From positions 3,328,001 through 3,392,000 of the forward strand of contig OZ257156.1 of the NCBI GenBank assembly GCA_965279375.1: DNA of 64,000 bases, in the 5' to 3' direction. The DNA comes from Gemmatimonas sp. GTDB lineage: Bacteria > Gemmatimonadota > Gemmatimonadetes > Gemmatimonadales > Gemmatimonadaceae. This document shows, piece after piece, positions 13,198 through 22,920 of the stretch (the stretch's first letter is position 1; every line of letters starts with the position of its first letter). A model generated the notes under the pieces. That model had not been told where the DNA came from and ran no database searches. It saw nothing but the letters and a program-made list of their open reading frames with translations. The position numbers were made by a program, and so were the translations under genes.

Positions 13198-15953
13198 GCG
13201 CCGAACGACAGAAGCTTGGCCGCGAGCTGTTCGCGCTTGGCCCGCCACTCCACCAGCTTGGCGCGCTCTGCCTCCACCACGGCGGGAGGCGCCTTGGCGG
13301 TGAACTTCTCGTTGGAGAGTCGACCGTCGAGCGCATCGATCTGCTTGTCGAGCCCCTCCAGTTCGGCACGGATCTTCGCCGCTTCCTTGGCGATGTCGAT
13401 CATGCCGGCCAGTGGCACGATCAGTTCGAGTCCCACGGCCACGACCACGTGCGCTGCCGCGCCCGCCGGTGCCGCATCTGCCATCGTCACCTTGGCACGA
13501 GCCAGCGATCCGATTGTGCCCAACTGCGGCGCCAGCGCGACCGCGAGATCGCCATGGGCCACGAGCGTTGCATCCACCCACGCGCCGGGCTGCACGCCGT
13601 TCTCGTTGCGTACGGTTCGAATCGCCTGCACGACCGAACGGGCCGTGTCGAACGCGTCGCCCGCACTCGTGCGTGTCGCACGCGGACGCGGCCACGCGGC
13701 CTGCGCGATGAACGCGTTGGCTGGCGTCGTCGGGAGCTGCTGCCACAGCTCTTCGGTGATGAACGGGACCACCGGCTGCAACAGCCGCAGCGCGCCGTCG
13801 AACGCATGCGCCAGCACGGCGCGCGCGACTTCGCGATCATCTCCCTCGGCCATGAGGCGCGGCTTGATCGACTCGAGGTACCAGTCGGCGAGCTCGTTCC
13901 ACACGAAGCGACGCGCGGCTTCGGCGTACTCGGACAGGCGCAGCCCCTTGCCGCGCTCCCCCTCGGTCCATGCCACGCCGTCCGCCGGTCGCGCGGGTCC
14001 CAGTGCGGCCTCGCAATCGTTGATCGCCTGATCGAGGCGATCGAGAATCCACGCGTCGGCCGCGGTCAGTGACTCGGGCTTGAGAAGGCTTACGGCGAGC
14101 ACCGGCTCGGTGCCCACGCGTGACAGCAAAAAGCGACCAATGTTCCAGAGCTTCGTGCAGAAGTTGCGCCCCGGCGCGAACGACTTGTCGAGGTCGTTCG
14201 GGTCGAGCATGACGTCCACGCCGAGCCCGAGGCCAGCGACCATCGTCCAACGCAGCGAGTCGGCGCCGTAGAGGCGCACCACGTCCAGCGGATCGATGCC
14301 GTTGCCCAAGCTCTTGGACATTTTGCGGTGCTGCATGTCGCGCACCGTGCCGTGCAGGTACACCGTGTGGAACGGCGACTTGTTCATGAACCAGCAGCCG
14401 GACATCACCATGCGCGAGACCCAGAAGAACAGGATCTCCGGCGCCGTCACCAGCACATCGCCTGGATAGAACGCCTTGAGATCGGCGCTCTCCATATTGG
14501 GCCAGCCCAGCGTGGACATTGGCCACAGCCACGACGAGAACCAGGTGTCGAGTACGTCCTCGTCCTGACGCACCGCGCCGCCGCAGGTAGGGCAGGCGGT
14601 GACGTCGGTGCGCGAGACGATGGGTTGCGCGCCGTGTTCCTTGGCGCACGCATCGCAGTACCACACCGGCACGCGATGGCCCCACCAGATCTGTCGCGAG
14701 ATGTTCCAGTCGCGAATGCCTTCCAGCCAGTTCACATACACCGCTTCCCAGCGATCCGGCAGAATGCGCAGCTCCCCGCTGCGCAGCACGGCCAGCGCGC
14801 GTTCGGCGAGCGGCTGCATGCGCACGAACCACTGGTCGGAGAGACGCGGCTCCACCACCGTGTCGCAGCGATAGCAATGCCGCACACTGTGCTGATGCGG
14901 CTCGATCTTCACGAGCGCGCCAGCGTCCTGCAGCATGGCCACGATCTTCGTGCGCGCCTCGGCGCGGTCCACGCCGCTCAGTGCGGCCGGCACGCGACCG
15001 GCGGCCAGCTCCACTTCGCGCACAATGCCATCGGCGTCGATGATGACGGGCATCGGCAACGCGTGGCGCTTGGCCACTTCAAAGTCGTTCGCGTCGTGCG
15101 CGGGGGTGATCTTCACGGCGCCCGAGCCGAACGCGGGATCGGTGTAGCTGTCCGCCACCACGGGAATGCGCACGCCGTTGAGCGGCAGAATGAGCTCCTT
15201 GCCCACGAACGCCATGTAGCGCTCGTCTTCCGGATTCACCGCCACCGCCACGTCGCCGAGCATCGTTTCCGGGCGCGTCGTGGCCACGGTGATCGACTGC
15301 GTCGGGTCTTCCGCCAGCACGTACTTGAGGTGGTACAGTTTGCCGGCGGTCTCGGTAAACTCGGCTTCCTCGTCGGACAGCGACGTGCCGCAGCGTGGGC
15401 ACCAATGAATCACGCGATGGCCCTTGTACACGAGGCCATCCTCGTGCAGCCGCACGAATGCCTCGCGCACGGCCACCGACAGCTCGGGCGAGAACGTGTA
15501 CGCGGTGCGCGTCCAGTCGGCGCTCGTACCAATCGCCTTGAGCTGGTTGAGAATCTCGCCGCCCGTCTGCTCCACGAACTCGGCCACGCGCTGCACAAAC
15601 GGCTCGCGCCCCACGTCAAAGCGGGTCTTTCCTTCGGCGGCCAGCTGCTTCTCCACCACGTTCTGCGTGGCGATGCCCGCGTGGTCGGTGCCGGGGAGGA
15701 AGAGCGCTTCGTCGCCGGCCATGCGGCGCCAGCGGATCAGGACGTCCTGCACCGTGTTGTTGAGACCGTGGCCCACGTGCAGCACGGCGGTGACGTTCGG
15801 CGGCGGCATCACGATCACGAACGGCTCGTGATCGGCGGCGCGTGCGGCGCTGGCCGTGAACACACCGTGTTCGGTCCAGCGCGGATACCAGGCGGCCTGT
15901 GAAGCGGCCGCATCGTGGTTCGGGGGGAGCGGATTCTGGTCGGGCGATGTCAT
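13194..15953 (-). CDS. valS: Valine--tRNA ligase
   Basis: PPPNVTAVLHVGH, GTDHAGIATQ, ATTRPET, DWNISRQIWWGH, DVLDTWFSS, KMSKS, C-terminal coiled coil. Confidence 0.98.
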   Translation of the reverse strand: MTSPDQNPLPPNHDAAASQAAWYPRWTEHGVFTASAARAADHEPFVIVMPPPNVTAVLHVGHGLNNTVQDVLIRWRRMAGDEALFLPGTDHAGIATQNVVEKQLAAEGKTRFDVGREPFVQRVAEFVEQTGGEILNQLKAIGTSADWTRTAYTFSPELSVAVREAFVRLHEDGLVYKGHRVIHWCPRCGTSLSDEEAEFTETAGKLYHLKYVLAEDPTQSITVATTRPETMLGDVAVAVNPEDERYMAFVGKELILPLNGVRIPVVADSYTDPAFGSGAVKITPAHDANDFEVAKRHALPMPVIIDADGIVREVELAAGRVPAALSGVDRAEARTKIVAMLQDAGALVKIEPHQHSVRHCYRCDTVVEPRLSDQWFVRMQPLAERALAVLRSGELRILPDRWEAVYVNWLEGIRDWNISRQIWWGHRVPVWYCDACAKEHGAQPIVSRTDVTACPTCGGAVRQDEDVLDTWFSSWLWPMSTLGWPNMESADLKAFYPGDVLVTAPEILFFWVSRMVMSGCWFMNKSPFHTVYLHGTVRDMQHRKMSKSLGNGIDPLDVVRLYGADSLRWTMVAGLGLGVDVMLDPNDLDKSFAPGRNFCTKLWNIGRFLLSRVGTEPVLAVSLLKPESLTAADAWILDRLDQAINDCEAALGPARPADGVAWTEGERGKGLRLSEYAEAARRFVWNELADWYLESIKPRLMAEGDDREVARAVLAHAFDGALRLLQPVVPFITEELWQQLPTTPANAFIAQAAWPRPRATRTSAGDAFDTARSVVQAIRTVRNENGVQPGAWVDATLVAHGDLAVALAPQLGTIGSLARAKVTMADAAPAGAAAHVVVAVGLELIVPLAGMIDIAKEAAKIRAELEGLDKQIDALDGRLSNEKFTAKAPPAVVEAERAKLVEWRAKREQLAAKLLSFGA

Positions 15954-15978
15954 CCGAGAAAACTAAGTACGCGAGGCG

Positions 15979-16491
15979 TCAGTCGGCGCGGGGCACGCGG
16001 ACAGTCGGTGCATCCTGCACATCAAGTTGCTCGATCACCCGACGCACGCCGGGGACGCCGCGCGCGAGCGTACGAGCATAGGCGACCTCCTGCGGCCCAT
16101 CGACCCAGCCCGTCAGCTCGATGTCGCCGGCCGAGATCGCGCCGATGTCGATCGAGCGCTCGCTCAGAATCGGGTCGTTACGAAAGGCCTCGAGCACCCG
16201 CCGTTCGAGTTCGATCTCTCGTGCGAACCCATCGGTGGAGGGCGACGGCGCGGACAGAGGACGTCGGGCGTCCCTGACGGTCCGTTGCTGCTGCTTCGGT
16301 GGCGCATGCGGCCGGGGCCTCTCCTGGCTCAGCGCGCGCGGGGCGGTAGGCCCACGGCGCGCGCCGAGCACCAGCGCGACCCCCGCGGTGACACCCACGG
16401 CGAGCAACAGAAGAGAAGCGGCTCGTCCGCGCTGGTCCCAGCCAGCGGGATCCTCGGCGTGGCGCAGCGAATATCTCGGCGATCTGGACAT
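15979..16491 (-). CDS. Membrane-anchored BON domain protein
   Basis: TM helix, then IELTGWV...ARTLARGVPGVRRVIEQL BON signature. Confidence 0.8.
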   Translation of the reverse strand: MSRSPRYSLRHAEDPAGWDQRGRAASLLLLAVGVTAGVALVLGARRGPTAPRALSQERPRPHAPPKQQQRTVRDARRPLSAPSPSTDGFAREIELERRVLEAFRNDPILSERSIDIGAISAGDIELTGWVDGPQEVAYARTLARGVPGVRRVIEQLDVQDAPTVRVPRAD

Positions 16492-16672
16492 GGGATCTCT
16501 CTGGTGGCGCGTGTATCCGCGAATCGGTAAGTTGCCTTTCTCGCGCGGCGGGCATCGGGAGTATTCCGGTGCGCGCCGCGCGTGGCCATCCGGGACCTCG
16601 ACGGTCATTCGGATGGCCTCAGCTCCTGGGCCAGTGCATCGGCCAGTTCAGCCTTTCTCCAGTCCGCTTCCG

Positions 16673-18682
16673 ATGATCGCCGGTCCGTCAAACGCTGCCC
16701 CCGAGTCGCTGCTAGTCCTCACGCTCCCGGATGGTTCCACGCGCGAAGTGCCGTATGGCACCCTCGGGCGTGACGTGGTGGCAACGATTGGCGCCCGTCT
16801 GCTGCAGGCCTCGGTGGCGGTCGCGGTCGATGGCGAAGTACAGGACCTCATGACGCCTCTGCGCAAGTCCGGTGCCTTCGTCGTCATCACCGACAAGGAC
16901 CCGCGTGCACTGGCGGTGCTGCGGCATTCCGGCGCGCACATCCTGGCCACGGCGGTGCGCCGTTTGCGCCCCGATGCGCACATCGGCTTTGGCCCGGCCA
17001 TCGACGACGGCTTCTACTACGACTTCGAAGTGGCGCAGCCCTTCACGCCCGAGGACCTCGAGGCGTTCGAAGCGGAGATGAAGAAGGTGGTGGCCGAGAA
17101 GCTGCCGTTCGTGCGCGATGAAGTGACGCTGGCCGAGGCGCGCGTGCGCTTCGCCGACGATCCGCTCAAGCTCGAGCGCCTCGACGACTTTGAAGGCTCG
17201 GACGAAGTCATCTCCACGTACACGGACGGTCCGTTCGTGGACCTCTGCCGCGGCCCGCACGTGCAGGACACATCGTACCTCAAGCACTTCAAGCTGCTGT
17301 CGGCCGCAGGCGCGTATTGGCGCGGCGACGTCAAGCGACAGATGCTGCAGCGCATCTACGCGACGGCGTTCTTCAAGAAGGACGAGCTCGACACGCATCT
17401 GCACCAGCTCGAGGAAGCGAAAAAGCGCGATCACCGCGTGCTGGGCAAAGCGCTGGATCTGTTCCAGTTCTTTCCCGTCTCGCCGGGCGGTGTCTTCTGG
17501 ACGCCCAAGGGCACGACGATCTACAACACGCTCGAAGCGTTCGTGCGCGAGCGGCAGAAGGAGTCGTTCAAGGAGATCAAGACGCCGCTCCTGTACAACT
17601 CCAAGCTCTGGGAGCAGTCGGGGCATTGGGGCAAGTACAAGGAGAACATGTTCCTCGTCCACAACAACGAGACGGGTGAACATGACATGGCGCTCAAGCC
17701 GATGAACTGCCCGTCGCACCATCTGTTCTTCGCGGCGTCCAAGCATTCGTATCGCGACCTGCCGATGCGCTACGTCACGTTCGACGTGCTCCATCGCAAC
17801 GAACTTTCCGGCGCGTTGTCGGGGCTCACGCGCGTGCGTCAGTTCTCGCAGGACGACTGCCACGTCTACCTGCGCGAAGATCAGATCGCCGACGAAGTGC
17901 AGTTCCTGATGACGTTCATTCTTGGCTACTACGACGCGTTCGGGCTGACGGCCAAGCTCAAGTTCGCCACGCGTCCCGAGCAGCGCATTGGCTCCGATGA
18001 GCTGTGGGATCGCGCGGAAGGCGCGCTCAAGGCGGCGCTGGAAGCGACGGGGCGGCCGTACGAACTCAAGGAAGGCGACGGCGCGTTTTATGGTCCCAAG
18101 ATCGACTTCGACGTGACCGACAGCATCGGGCGCGCGTGGCAGTTGGGCACGATCCAGCTCGACTACAACGCACCGGAACGATTCGATCTGTCGTACACGG
18201 GCGAAGACAATGCGGCGCACCGCCCGGTGGTGATTCATCGCGCAGTCAGCGGCTCGTTCGAGCGGTTCATCGCCATCCTCATCGAGCACTTTGCCGGCGC
18301 GTTCCCCGTCTGGCTCGCGCCCGAACAGGTGCGCGTGATCCCCATCGCGATCGACTACAACGAGTATGCCGGCGCGCTGGTGCAGCGCATGAAGGACGCG
18401 GGTATTCGCGCGACGCTCGATGCGCGCAACGAGACGCTCAACTACCGCGTCCGCGAGGGCGAAGTGGCCAAGATTCCGTACATGTGCGTGATCGGCAAGC
18501 GCGAAGCGGATGAGGGCAACGTCGCGTTGCGCGTGCGTGGCGCTGGGAAGAAGCAGGAGATTCTGTCGTCCGATGCCTTCGTGGCGCGAGTGCTCGACGA
18601 AATCGCCACGCGCGCCCTGACGCCGTCCTCCGATGGTCAGGCGACCGAGGCAAGCGCCGGCGCAGCAGAGGCCACCGCGTGA
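16673..18682 (+). CDS. thrS: Threonine--tRNA ligase
   Basis: TGS domain, RHSGAH, GFYYDF, DLCRGPH, GAYWRG, KPMNCP, GAFYGPKID, IHRA; alternative start ATG 16613. Confidence 0.98.
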   Translation: MIAGPSNAAPESLLVLTLPDGSTREVPYGTLGRDVVATIGARLLQASVAVAVDGEVQDLMTPLRKSGAFVVITDKDPRALAVLRHSGAHILATAVRRLRPDAHIGFGPAIDDGFYYDFEVAQPFTPEDLEAFEAEMKKVVAEKLPFVRDEVTLAEARVRFADDPLKLERLDDFEGSDEVISTYTDGPFVDLCRGPHVQDTSYLKHFKLLSAAGAYWRGDVKRQMLQRIYATAFFKKDELDTHLHQLEEAKKRDHRVLGKALDLFQFFPVSPGGVFWTPKGTTIYNTLEAFVRERQKESFKEIKTPLLYNSKLWEQSGHWGKYKENMFLVHNNETGEHDMALKPMNCPSHHLFFAASKHSYRDLPMRYVTFDVLHRNELSGALSGLTRVRQFSQDDCHVYLREDQIADEVQFLMTFILGYYDAFGLTAKLKFATRPEQRIGSDELWDRAEGALKAALEATGRPYELKEGDGAFYGPKIDFDVTDSIGRAWQLGTIQLDYNAPERFDLSYTGEDNAAHRPVVIHRAVSGSFERFIAILIEHFAGAFPVWLAPEQVRVIPIAIDYNEYAGALVQRMKDAGIRATLDARNETLNYRVREGEVAKIPYMCVIGKREADEGNVALRVRGAGKKQEILSSDAFVARVLDEIATRALTPSSDGQATEASAGAAEATA

Positions 18683-19926
18683 CCCCCGAGGCGCTCCTCG
18701 ATCTCTTCGTGCTCGCACCGGTCGGTCTGGTCGCGATCGATCTGGATGGGCACGTGCAGATGGCCAATCTCGCGGCGCGTCGCCTGTTGACGCCGTTCGT
18801 GAATGCGGGATCGCTGGAGAACCTGTTCGACGCGTTGGGCGACGTCATGCCGGACTTGGGCGCGCGTGTGCGCGCCTTCGAGGGACAGCGCGGCGTCATC
18901 GTGGAAGGGCTCGATCTGCTCGCGCCTGGTCAGTCGCATGGCGTGCAGGTGGCATTGGTGAAAGTAGGAGCCACCCGAGTGGTGGCGGTGGCGACCGATG
19001 CGGGCAATCTCGCTGAGGCCTTGGGTACCGTGAGTCGTCTCGAACAGCGGATGCGCGCTGTCGAAGTCACGGTGCGCGATTACGCCATCTTCACTGTCTC
19101 GCGCGACGGCCTGGTCGACTCATGGAACGAGGCGTCGGAGCGCGTGCATCAGTGGCCCGCGGCAGAAATCCTCGGCCAGTCCCTCGACGTGCTGCAGCCG
19201 AGCGAGATGGCGGGGCTGACCAACCTCGGCGACACGCTGGCCCTCGCCGCGCGCAACGGCTGGTGCGAAGAAGAGGGCAATCGCTCGCGGCGCGACGGAA
19301 CGACGTTCTGGGCAAATACCGTCATCACCGCGCTGCGTGGCACCGATGGGTCGGCGATCGGCTTCTCCGTGGTGACGCGCGACCTGTCCGATCGACGCAA
19401 GCTCGATTCGTTCACGCGCGAAGACGCCGCCAGCAACACGGATTACCTCACCGGGGTCAGCTCGCGCCGCGCCTTCTTCGAAGTGGCTGGCTCGGAGGTT
19501 GCGCGCGGTCGTCGTTACGCGCAGCCGCTGTCGCTGCTGCTGGTGGACCCCGATCGCATACACGAGCTGGTGGAACAGCATGGCCAGCCCTTTGCGGACG
19601 AATGGCTGCGCGCGATCGCGTGGGTCTGCCGGCAGGAATCGCGCACCACGGACGTCGTGGGACGAGTCGGCGGCGAGCAGATTGCGGTGTTGCTCCCCAG
19701 CACCGAACTCTCGGGCGGCCTGGTGCTCGCCGAGCGTATCAGAGAGCGCATGCAGCGCCATGTCTTTCAGGGCGACTATCAGGCGGTGCGCTGCACGTTG
19801 AGCGTGGGTGTGGCGGAGCTGAGCGACGGCGTGACGAGCGTGGATGGGTTGCTCACCGCCGCGTCGACGGCCGTGCAACGTGCGCGGCAGGCGGGGATGA
19901 ATCTGGTGGTGGGGTACGACGCATAG
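18679..19926 (+). CDS. PAS-PAS-GGDEF protein with degenerate active site (GGEQI)
   Basis: PAS motifs (DYAIF...SWN...RRDGTTFW...VTRD) and GGDEF fold (DYLTG, RTTDVVGRVGGEQI, TLSVGVA); GTGA overlap with thrS. Confidence 0.85.
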   Translation: MTPEALLDLFVLAPVGLVAIDLDGHVQMANLAARRLLTPFVNAGSLENLFDALGDVMPDLGARVRAFEGQRGVIVEGLDLLAPGQSHGVQVALVKVGATRVVAVATDAGNLAEALGTVSRLEQRMRAVEVTVRDYAIFTVSRDGLVDSWNEASERVHQWPAAEILGQSLDVLQPSEMAGLTNLGDTLALAARNGWCEEEGNRSRRDGTTFWANTVITALRGTDGSAIGFSVVTRDLSDRRKLDSFTREDAASNTDYLTGVSSRRAFFEVAGSEVARGRRYAQPLSLLLVDPDRIHELVEQHGQPFADEWLRAIAWVCRQESRTTDVVGRVGGEQIAVLLPSTELSGGLVLAERIRERMQRHVFQGDYQAVRCTLSVGVAELSDGVTSVDGLLTAASTAVQRARQAGMNLVVGYDA

Positions 19927-20038
19927 CCTCTGGGTCGCGTGTAGGTCGCAGGTAGATCGGGCGTGGTTTGCGTTTTGGTGATCCTGCAGCACATTCGCAG
20001 CAGATTTTCGGTACTCCGCTCTTCGCCCCGATCGAATC

Positions 20039-21775
20039 GTGAACCGACCCGTCCGCGCGCTGTTCGCTGCCTGCTGTCTGCTGTTCCTCTCTGCACAACG
20101 CTCCCAGAGCACGCCAACGTTTGCGCAAGCGGTCGATCAGTATCTCGACGACTTCGCACGTCGACATCCGTCGATCGCGGCGGGCAACGGCCTGCATCAG
20201 CACGACGATCTGCTCGATGACTACACCGCGGCGGGAATTCGCGCCGAGATCGCGTCACTCAAGCAGCACTCGGCGCGACTGCGTGCCTTCGGTGCGAAGA
20301 CGCTCACGCCCGACGAACGCGTGGACCAGCGCATCCTCCTCGGCGTCATCGATGGATGGCTGCTGGAGCAGGAGACGCTCGCCAACTGGAAGCGCAATCC
20401 CATGCTCTACGGAAGCGCGCTGACTGACGGCGTACACAACCTGATGACGATGGAGAGCAGCCCGGCACCGCTCCGTATGCGGCGCATCATCAGCAAGTTG
20501 CGGCAGGTACCGACGCTACTCGGCGCAGCGCGCACCAATATCGTCAATCCGCCTCGTCTGTTTGCCGAACGCGGCGCCGCCATGATGCACGGCGCCGTGG
20601 ACATGCTCGGTAAGGACCTCGATCTCGCGTTCGCCCGTGTGCCCGACGCAGCGCTGCGTGATTCGTTGCGGCGCGCGGCAGACGCGGCCATCCCGCAGGT
20701 GAACGCGTACATCGCGTACCTCGAGAAGGACGTCATCCCCAAGGCGAATGGCGACTTCACGATCGGCGCCACCAACATCGCGCGTCGATATCGTGCCGAA
20801 GAGCTGATCGATTCGCCGCTCGACAAGATGGTCGCGATCGGTGAGCGCGAGCTGACCGTCTCGCAGCGCGAGTTCCGTGCGGCCGCGGAGCGGTTGGCGC
20901 CGGGCAAGGATCCGCTCACCACATGGCTCGCGGTGCGCAAGGAACATCCCAAGATGGGCGGCGTGGTTGCAGCCACGAAGCGTGTCGTCGATTCGCTCAC
21001 GGCGTTCGTGGCACGCAAGGGCATCGCATCGTTACCGCCGACGGAGCGGGTGATCGTGGAGCCGGCGCTGCCGTTCGATCTGGGCTTCGCGTCGATGCAT
21101 GCGTCGCCGCCTCTCGAGGTCACACCGGTGCGCAGCATCTACTACATCACCGATGCGCGCGCAGATTTGCCGACAGCCGAGCAGGACGCGTGGCTCGAGC
21201 GATACAACTACGCGTCGTTGTCCAACACATCGGCGCACGAGGCGATGCCGGGGCACTGGCTGCACTCCACCTATATGCGGAAGACGCCGGGCAAGGTGCG
21301 ACGCATCTGGATCGGTCTCAATCCGTTTCCACAGCCGTCGTCGGGGCAGGATGGTTGGGCGCACTATGCAGAGCAGATGGTGCTCGATGAAGGGTACGGC
21401 AACGGCGATCCCAAGCTGCGACTGGCCCAGCTTTCCGACGCGCTCACGCGCATCTGCCGCATGATCTCGGGCATCAAGGTGCACAGCAAGCAATGGACGC
21501 TCGCCGACGCGCAGCGCTGCTTCGAGGAGCAGGCGTACGTCGCGGCTCCAGCGGCGAAGCGCGAAGCCGAGCGTGCCACCTACGATCCCACCTACGGCGG
21601 CTACTTCCTCGGCAAGCGAGGCATCCTCAAGCTGCGCGACGACTATGCGGCGCGTATGGGGAGCAAGTTCAACTTGCGCGAGTTTCACGAGCGCGTGATG
21701 ACCAACGGGATCGCGCCTATCTGGGCGCATCGACAACTGCTGCTACCCGGTGACACTGGGGAGATCATTCACTGA
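20039..21775 (+). CDS. DUF885 family protein, exported
   Basis: Signal peptide; HEAMPGH, DGWAHYAE, YFLGKRGI, FNLREFHERV. Confidence 0.88.
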   Translation: MNRPVRALFAACCLLFLSAQRSQSTPTFAQAVDQYLDDFARRHPSIAAGNGLHQHDDLLDDYTAAGIRAEIASLKQHSARLRAFGAKTLTPDERVDQRILLGVIDGWLLEQETLANWKRNPMLYGSALTDGVHNLMTMESSPAPLRMRRIISKLRQVPTLLGAARTNIVNPPRLFAERGAAMMHGAVDMLGKDLDLAFARVPDAALRDSLRRAADAAIPQVNAYIAYLEKDVIPKANGDFTIGATNIARRYRAEELIDSPLDKMVAIGERELTVSQREFRAAAERLAPGKDPLTTWLAVRKEHPKMGGVVAATKRVVDSLTAFVARKGIASLPPTERVIVEPALPFDLGFASMHASPPLEVTPVRSIYYITDARADLPTAEQDAWLERYNYASLSNTSAHEAMPGHWLHSTYMRKTPGKVRRIWIGLNPFPQPSSGQDGWAHYAEQMVLDEGYGNGDPKLRLAQLSDALTRICRMISGIKVHSKQWTLADAQRCFEEQAYVAAPAAKREAERATYDPTYGGYFLGKRGILKLRDDYAARMGSKFNLREFHERVMTNGIAPIWAHRQLLLPGDTGEIIH

Positions 21776-22920
21776 TGACGGACGTGCGACGCAAGACAGC
21801 AGTGCCGGGAACGGTGAAAGTGGGTGTGTTGGGGGCGGGGGCGTGGGCCGAGTTTGCACATTGCCCGGGGTACAAGCGCGATGCACGCTGCGAGTTGGTG
21901 GCGATCGCCGATCCGATCGTCGAACGCGCGCAAGCATTTGCGGAGAAATTCAACATCCCGCGCGTGTATGCCACGCACGCCGAGCTGATCGCGCAGGAAG
22001 ACATCGACTTGGTGGACGTGTGCACGCCAAGTGCGACGCACTTTTCGCTCAGCATGGCCGCGCTCGAAGCCAACAAGCATGTGTTGTGCGAGAAGCCCGT
22101 GGCCTACGACTTCACCGAGACGCGCCGCGCGGCCGCGTTGGCTCGATCGAAAGGACTCAAGACCAAGCTGGGCTTCACGTTTCGCTATAGCCCGGCCATG
22201 CAGTACATGAAGGAGCTGATCGAGCAGGGGTTCATCGGGACGCCGTTCATCTTCAACGGTTACGAGCAGAACTCGCAGTGGCTTGATCCGCAGAACCCGC
22301 TGCGTCAGGTGGACCACGAGGCCGATCAGTCGCAGATCCACGTATCGTCGCTGGAAGGCTACGGTGCGCCGATCATGGACATCGGGCATCTGTTCATGGG
22401 CAGTCGTTTCCAGTCGGTGGTGGGGACGATGAAGAACTTCATCCCTGAGCGCATGGTGCGCGCCACCGGCACGATGATGCGCATGAACATCGACGATGGT
22501 GACATCTTCATCGGCGAGTACGCCAACGGTGCCATCGGTTCCATCCAGACCAGCTTCGTCACGGTGGGCAACTACCCGGGCATCGAAGCTCGTGTGTACG
22601 GCAGCAAGGGCGCGCTCATCTGCCGTCTGGTGGAAGAGAACGGCATCTGCGAGTCGCTCAAGGCGGCGTCGGCCGATCAGGTGGAGTTCCGCGAGATCGA
22701 GGTGCCGGAACGCTTCTATCCGCCTGGCGGCAGCAAGCGCGAGTCGTGGCGTTCGCTCTTCTACGCCAACCTTGTCAGCTCGTTCATCACGGAAATTCTG
22801 AGCGACGAACCGGAGAACGAAGGCAACTTCGAAGACGGTGCACACGTGCAGGAGCTGATCAACGCCGTCGAGCAGTCTTTCCGCGAGCGCCGCTGGGTCT
22901 CCATTCCACTCGGCTCGTGA
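21775..22920 (+). CDS. Gfo/Idh/MocA family oxidoreductase
   Basis: VGVLGAGAWA Rossmann motif, CTPSATH, HVLCEKP; TGATG coupling. Confidence 0.92.
   Translation: MTDVRRKTAVPGTVKVGVLGAGAWAEFAHCPGYKRDARCELVAIADPIVERAQAFAEKFNIPRVYATHAELIAQEDIDLVDVCTPSATHFSLSMAALEANKHVLCEKPVAYDFTETRRAAALARSKGLKTKLGFTFRYSPAMQYMKELIEQGFIGTPFIFNGYEQNSQWLDPQNPLRQVDHEADQSQIHVSSLEGYGAPIMDIGHLFMGSRFQSVVGTMKNFIPERMVRATGTMMRMNIDDGDIFIGEYANGAIGSIQTSFVTVGNYPGIEARVYGSKGALICRLVEENGICESLKAASADQVEFREIEVPERFYPPGGSKRESWRSLFYANLVSSFITEILSDEPENEGNFEDGAHVQELINAVEQSFRERRWVSIPLGS

Noticed and set aside
15954..16672. T-box riboswitches for valS or thrS
   Set aside because: No T-box consensus or leader terminator; valS has only a 25-bp upstream gap.
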